NCBI GenBank assembly: GCA_020137815.1
Contig: CM035350.1
Coordinates: 5,270,001-5,334,000 of the forward strand
Reading direction: 5' to 3'
DNA: 64,000 nt
From: Hormiphora californensis
Lineage: Eukaryota > Animalia > Ctenophora
Numbering within the stretch: the stretch's first letter is position 1; each line of letters begins with the position of its first letter. Positions 63,991 to 64,000 of the stretch are shown one piece after another. Both the position numbers and the translations under genes were made by a program. The notes under the pieces are model-generated. The model was not told the origin of the DNA. It did no database searches and saw nothing but the letters and a program-made list of their open reading frames with translations.

Positions 63991-64000
63991 TCTCTCTCTC

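Overview
Eukaryotic, intron-rich animal genomic DNA with many (AG)n microsatellites, MITEs and intronless 7TM genes. The repeat content resembles what I recall from the ctenophore Pleurobrachia (inference, not verified). I assembled seven spliced genes by hand from GT-AG sites and reading frame: an SSAT-like GNAT acetyltransferase, an E/K/R-rich coiled-coil protein, a divergent ribulose-phosphate 3-epimerase (RPE) paralog, an N-myristoylated LRR protein, a CCDC17-like gene, a 7TM receptor and an XK-related scramblase. Three intronless 7TM genes lie antisense inside introns of these hosts, and one of them is split by a piggyBac-like element. A further GPCR carries frameshifts. Mobile DNA includes a near-complete L2-like LINE whose ORF1 holds an EnSpm-like MITE, Helitron-like elements and several TA-flanked foldback MITEs. 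The most striking pattern is that several intronic minisatellites are tandem amplifications of the host gene's own splice signals: 39 copies of a donor junction in the RPE-like gene, 17 copies of a branch point/acceptor in XKR, and a branch-point array in CCDC17-like. A 100-N gap and low-quality sequence lie near the end.
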